64,000 nt of DNA from Eledone cirrhosa (Eukaryota): contig OZ024743.1 in the NCBI GenBank assembly GCA_964016885.1, forward strand, positions 141,670,001 to 141,734,000. The letters run 5' to 3'. Shown in pieces: positions 63,193 through 64,000 of the stretch (position 1 is the first letter of the stretch; every line of letters begins with the position of its first letter). The notes under the pieces are model-generated. The model was not told where the DNA came from and did no database searches. It was given only the letters and a program-made list of their open reading frames with translations. The translations under genes were made by a program, and so were the position numbers.

Positions 63193-64000
63193 TTGGTGTT
63201 TGGTGCTTGGTGCTTGGTGCCTGGTGTTTGGTCCTTGGTGCTTGGTGCTTGGTGCTTGGTGCTTGCTGTTTGGTGTTTGGTGTTTGGTTCTTGGTGCTTG
63301 GTGTTTGGTATTTGGTGTTTGGTGCTTGGTGCTTGGTGCTTGGTGTTTGGTGCTTGGTGCTTGGTGATTAGTGTTTGGTGATTGGTGCTTGGGGTTTGGT
63401 GTTTGGTGCTTGGTGTTTGGTGCTTGGTGCTTGCTGTTTGGTGTTTGGTGTTTGGTTCTTGGTGCTTGGTGTTTGGTGTTTGGTGTTTGGTGCTTGGTGC
63501 TTGGTGCTTGGTGTTTGGTGCTTGGTGCTTGGTGCTTGGTGTTTGGTGCTGCGTGCTTGGTGTTTGGTGTTTGGTGCTTGGTGCCTGGGGCTTGTTGTTT
63601 GGTGTTTGGTGCTTAGTGCTTGGTGTTTGGTGTTTGGTGCTTGGTGCTTGGTGGCTGGTGCTTGGTGCTTGGTGTTTGGAGTTTGGTGCTTGGTGCTTGG
63701 TGCCTGGTGTTTCGTGCTTGGTGCTTGGTGCTTGGTGTTTGGTGTTTGGTGTTTGGTGTTTGGTGTTTGGTACTTGGTGCTTGGTGCTTGGTGTTTGGTG
63801 CTTGGTGTTTGGTGATTGGTGCTTGGTGCTTGGTGCTTGGTGCTTGGTGTTAGGTGTTTGGTCCTTGGTGCTTGTTGTTTGGTGTTTTGTGCTTGGTGCT
63901 TGGCGTTTGGTGTTTGGCGCTAGGGGCTTGGTGCTTGATGCTTGGTGTTTGGTGCTTGGTGCTTGCTGTTTGGTGTTTGGTGCTTGGTGCGTGGGACTTA
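48440..64000 (+). repeat. ~3.9-4.07 kb higher-order unit in four copies, the last running off the window
   Basis: GATGTTGGGTCC at ~48450, 52383, 56449 and 60354; ORF offsets 48987/52913 (3926), 50179/54140 and 59410/63371 (3961). Confidence 0.9.

Larger units (their letters stand above)
1..64000 (+). repeat. Heptamer satellite array (TTGGTGY)n, about 9,146 monomers, G/T-rich on the + strand, single orientation, extending beyond both window ends
   Basis: TTGGTGC and TTGGTGT are read directly from position 2 to the end, with scattered variant monomers (TTGATGY, TTAGTGY, TTGCTGY, CTGGTGY, TTGGTGA, TTGGAGY, TTCGTGY). No non-repeat interruption and no RCACCAA tract on the + strand. Confidence 0.99.

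Noticed and set aside
2-63853. Hundreds of + strand ORFs encoding (WCLV[L/F]G[A/V])n, up to 557 aa (18296-19969)
   Set aside because: Because 7 and 3 are coprime, all three frames give the same heptapeptide. Stop codons need A, which is nearly absent on this strand. Starts are mostly TTG/GTG from the monomer, ORFs overlap in all frames, and there is no non-repeat domain.
1-64000. CRISPR array or other repeat-spacer or cassette system
   Set aside because: No unique spacers and no cas, reverse transcriptase or recombinase genes. All variation is point change on the heptamer plus duplication.
1-64000. Bacterial heptamer repeats such as cyanobacterial STRR2 (TT[G/T]GTCA)
   Set aside because: Only TTGGT is shared, and those arrays are short tracts among genes, not gene-free arrays of 64 kb or more. 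A prokaryotic source cannot be formally excluded from this window alone.
1-64000. Canonical telomere tract or strong G-quadruplex array
   Set aside because: No tandem TTAGGG or TTTAGGG. The consensus has only GG runs, and GGG/GGGG occur as isolated variants.
1-64000. Fungal RIP signature (TG to TA in TTAGTG and TTGGTA variants)
   Set aside because: The great majority of TG sites are intact, and non-RIP changes (TTGATG, TTGCTG, TTCGTG, CTGGTG) look at least as common.

Overview
The whole 64,000-bp window is one uninterrupted, single-orientation tandem array of a 7-bp monomer, TTGGTGY (TTGGTGC and TTGGTGT in roughly similar amounts; reverse complement RCACCAA), about 9,146 monomers by my manual count. 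Both ends of the array lie outside the window. I see no genes, RNA genes, transposons, CRISPR arrays or unique sequence; every ORF in the track is a by-product of the heptamer. The information is in the variant monomers. They keep a fixed order that defines an old ~1.3-2 kb higher-order unit, re-amplified by nested tandem duplications (98, 182, 217, 245, ~490, 833, 1302, 1609, ~2190, ~3960, 4021, ~7930 and 7999 bp). All offsets I tested are whole multiples of 7 once 30 single-base indels are counted. Left and right sub-domains carry different diagnostic variants and are separated by a more diverged zone at ~30-34 kb. Best reading: a probably eukaryotic simple satellite (centromeric, pericentromeric or subtelomeric type) with rich higher-order structure. 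I cannot name the organism or repeat family, and I found no evidence of a protein-coding system. Breakpoints were read by eye and are approximate.
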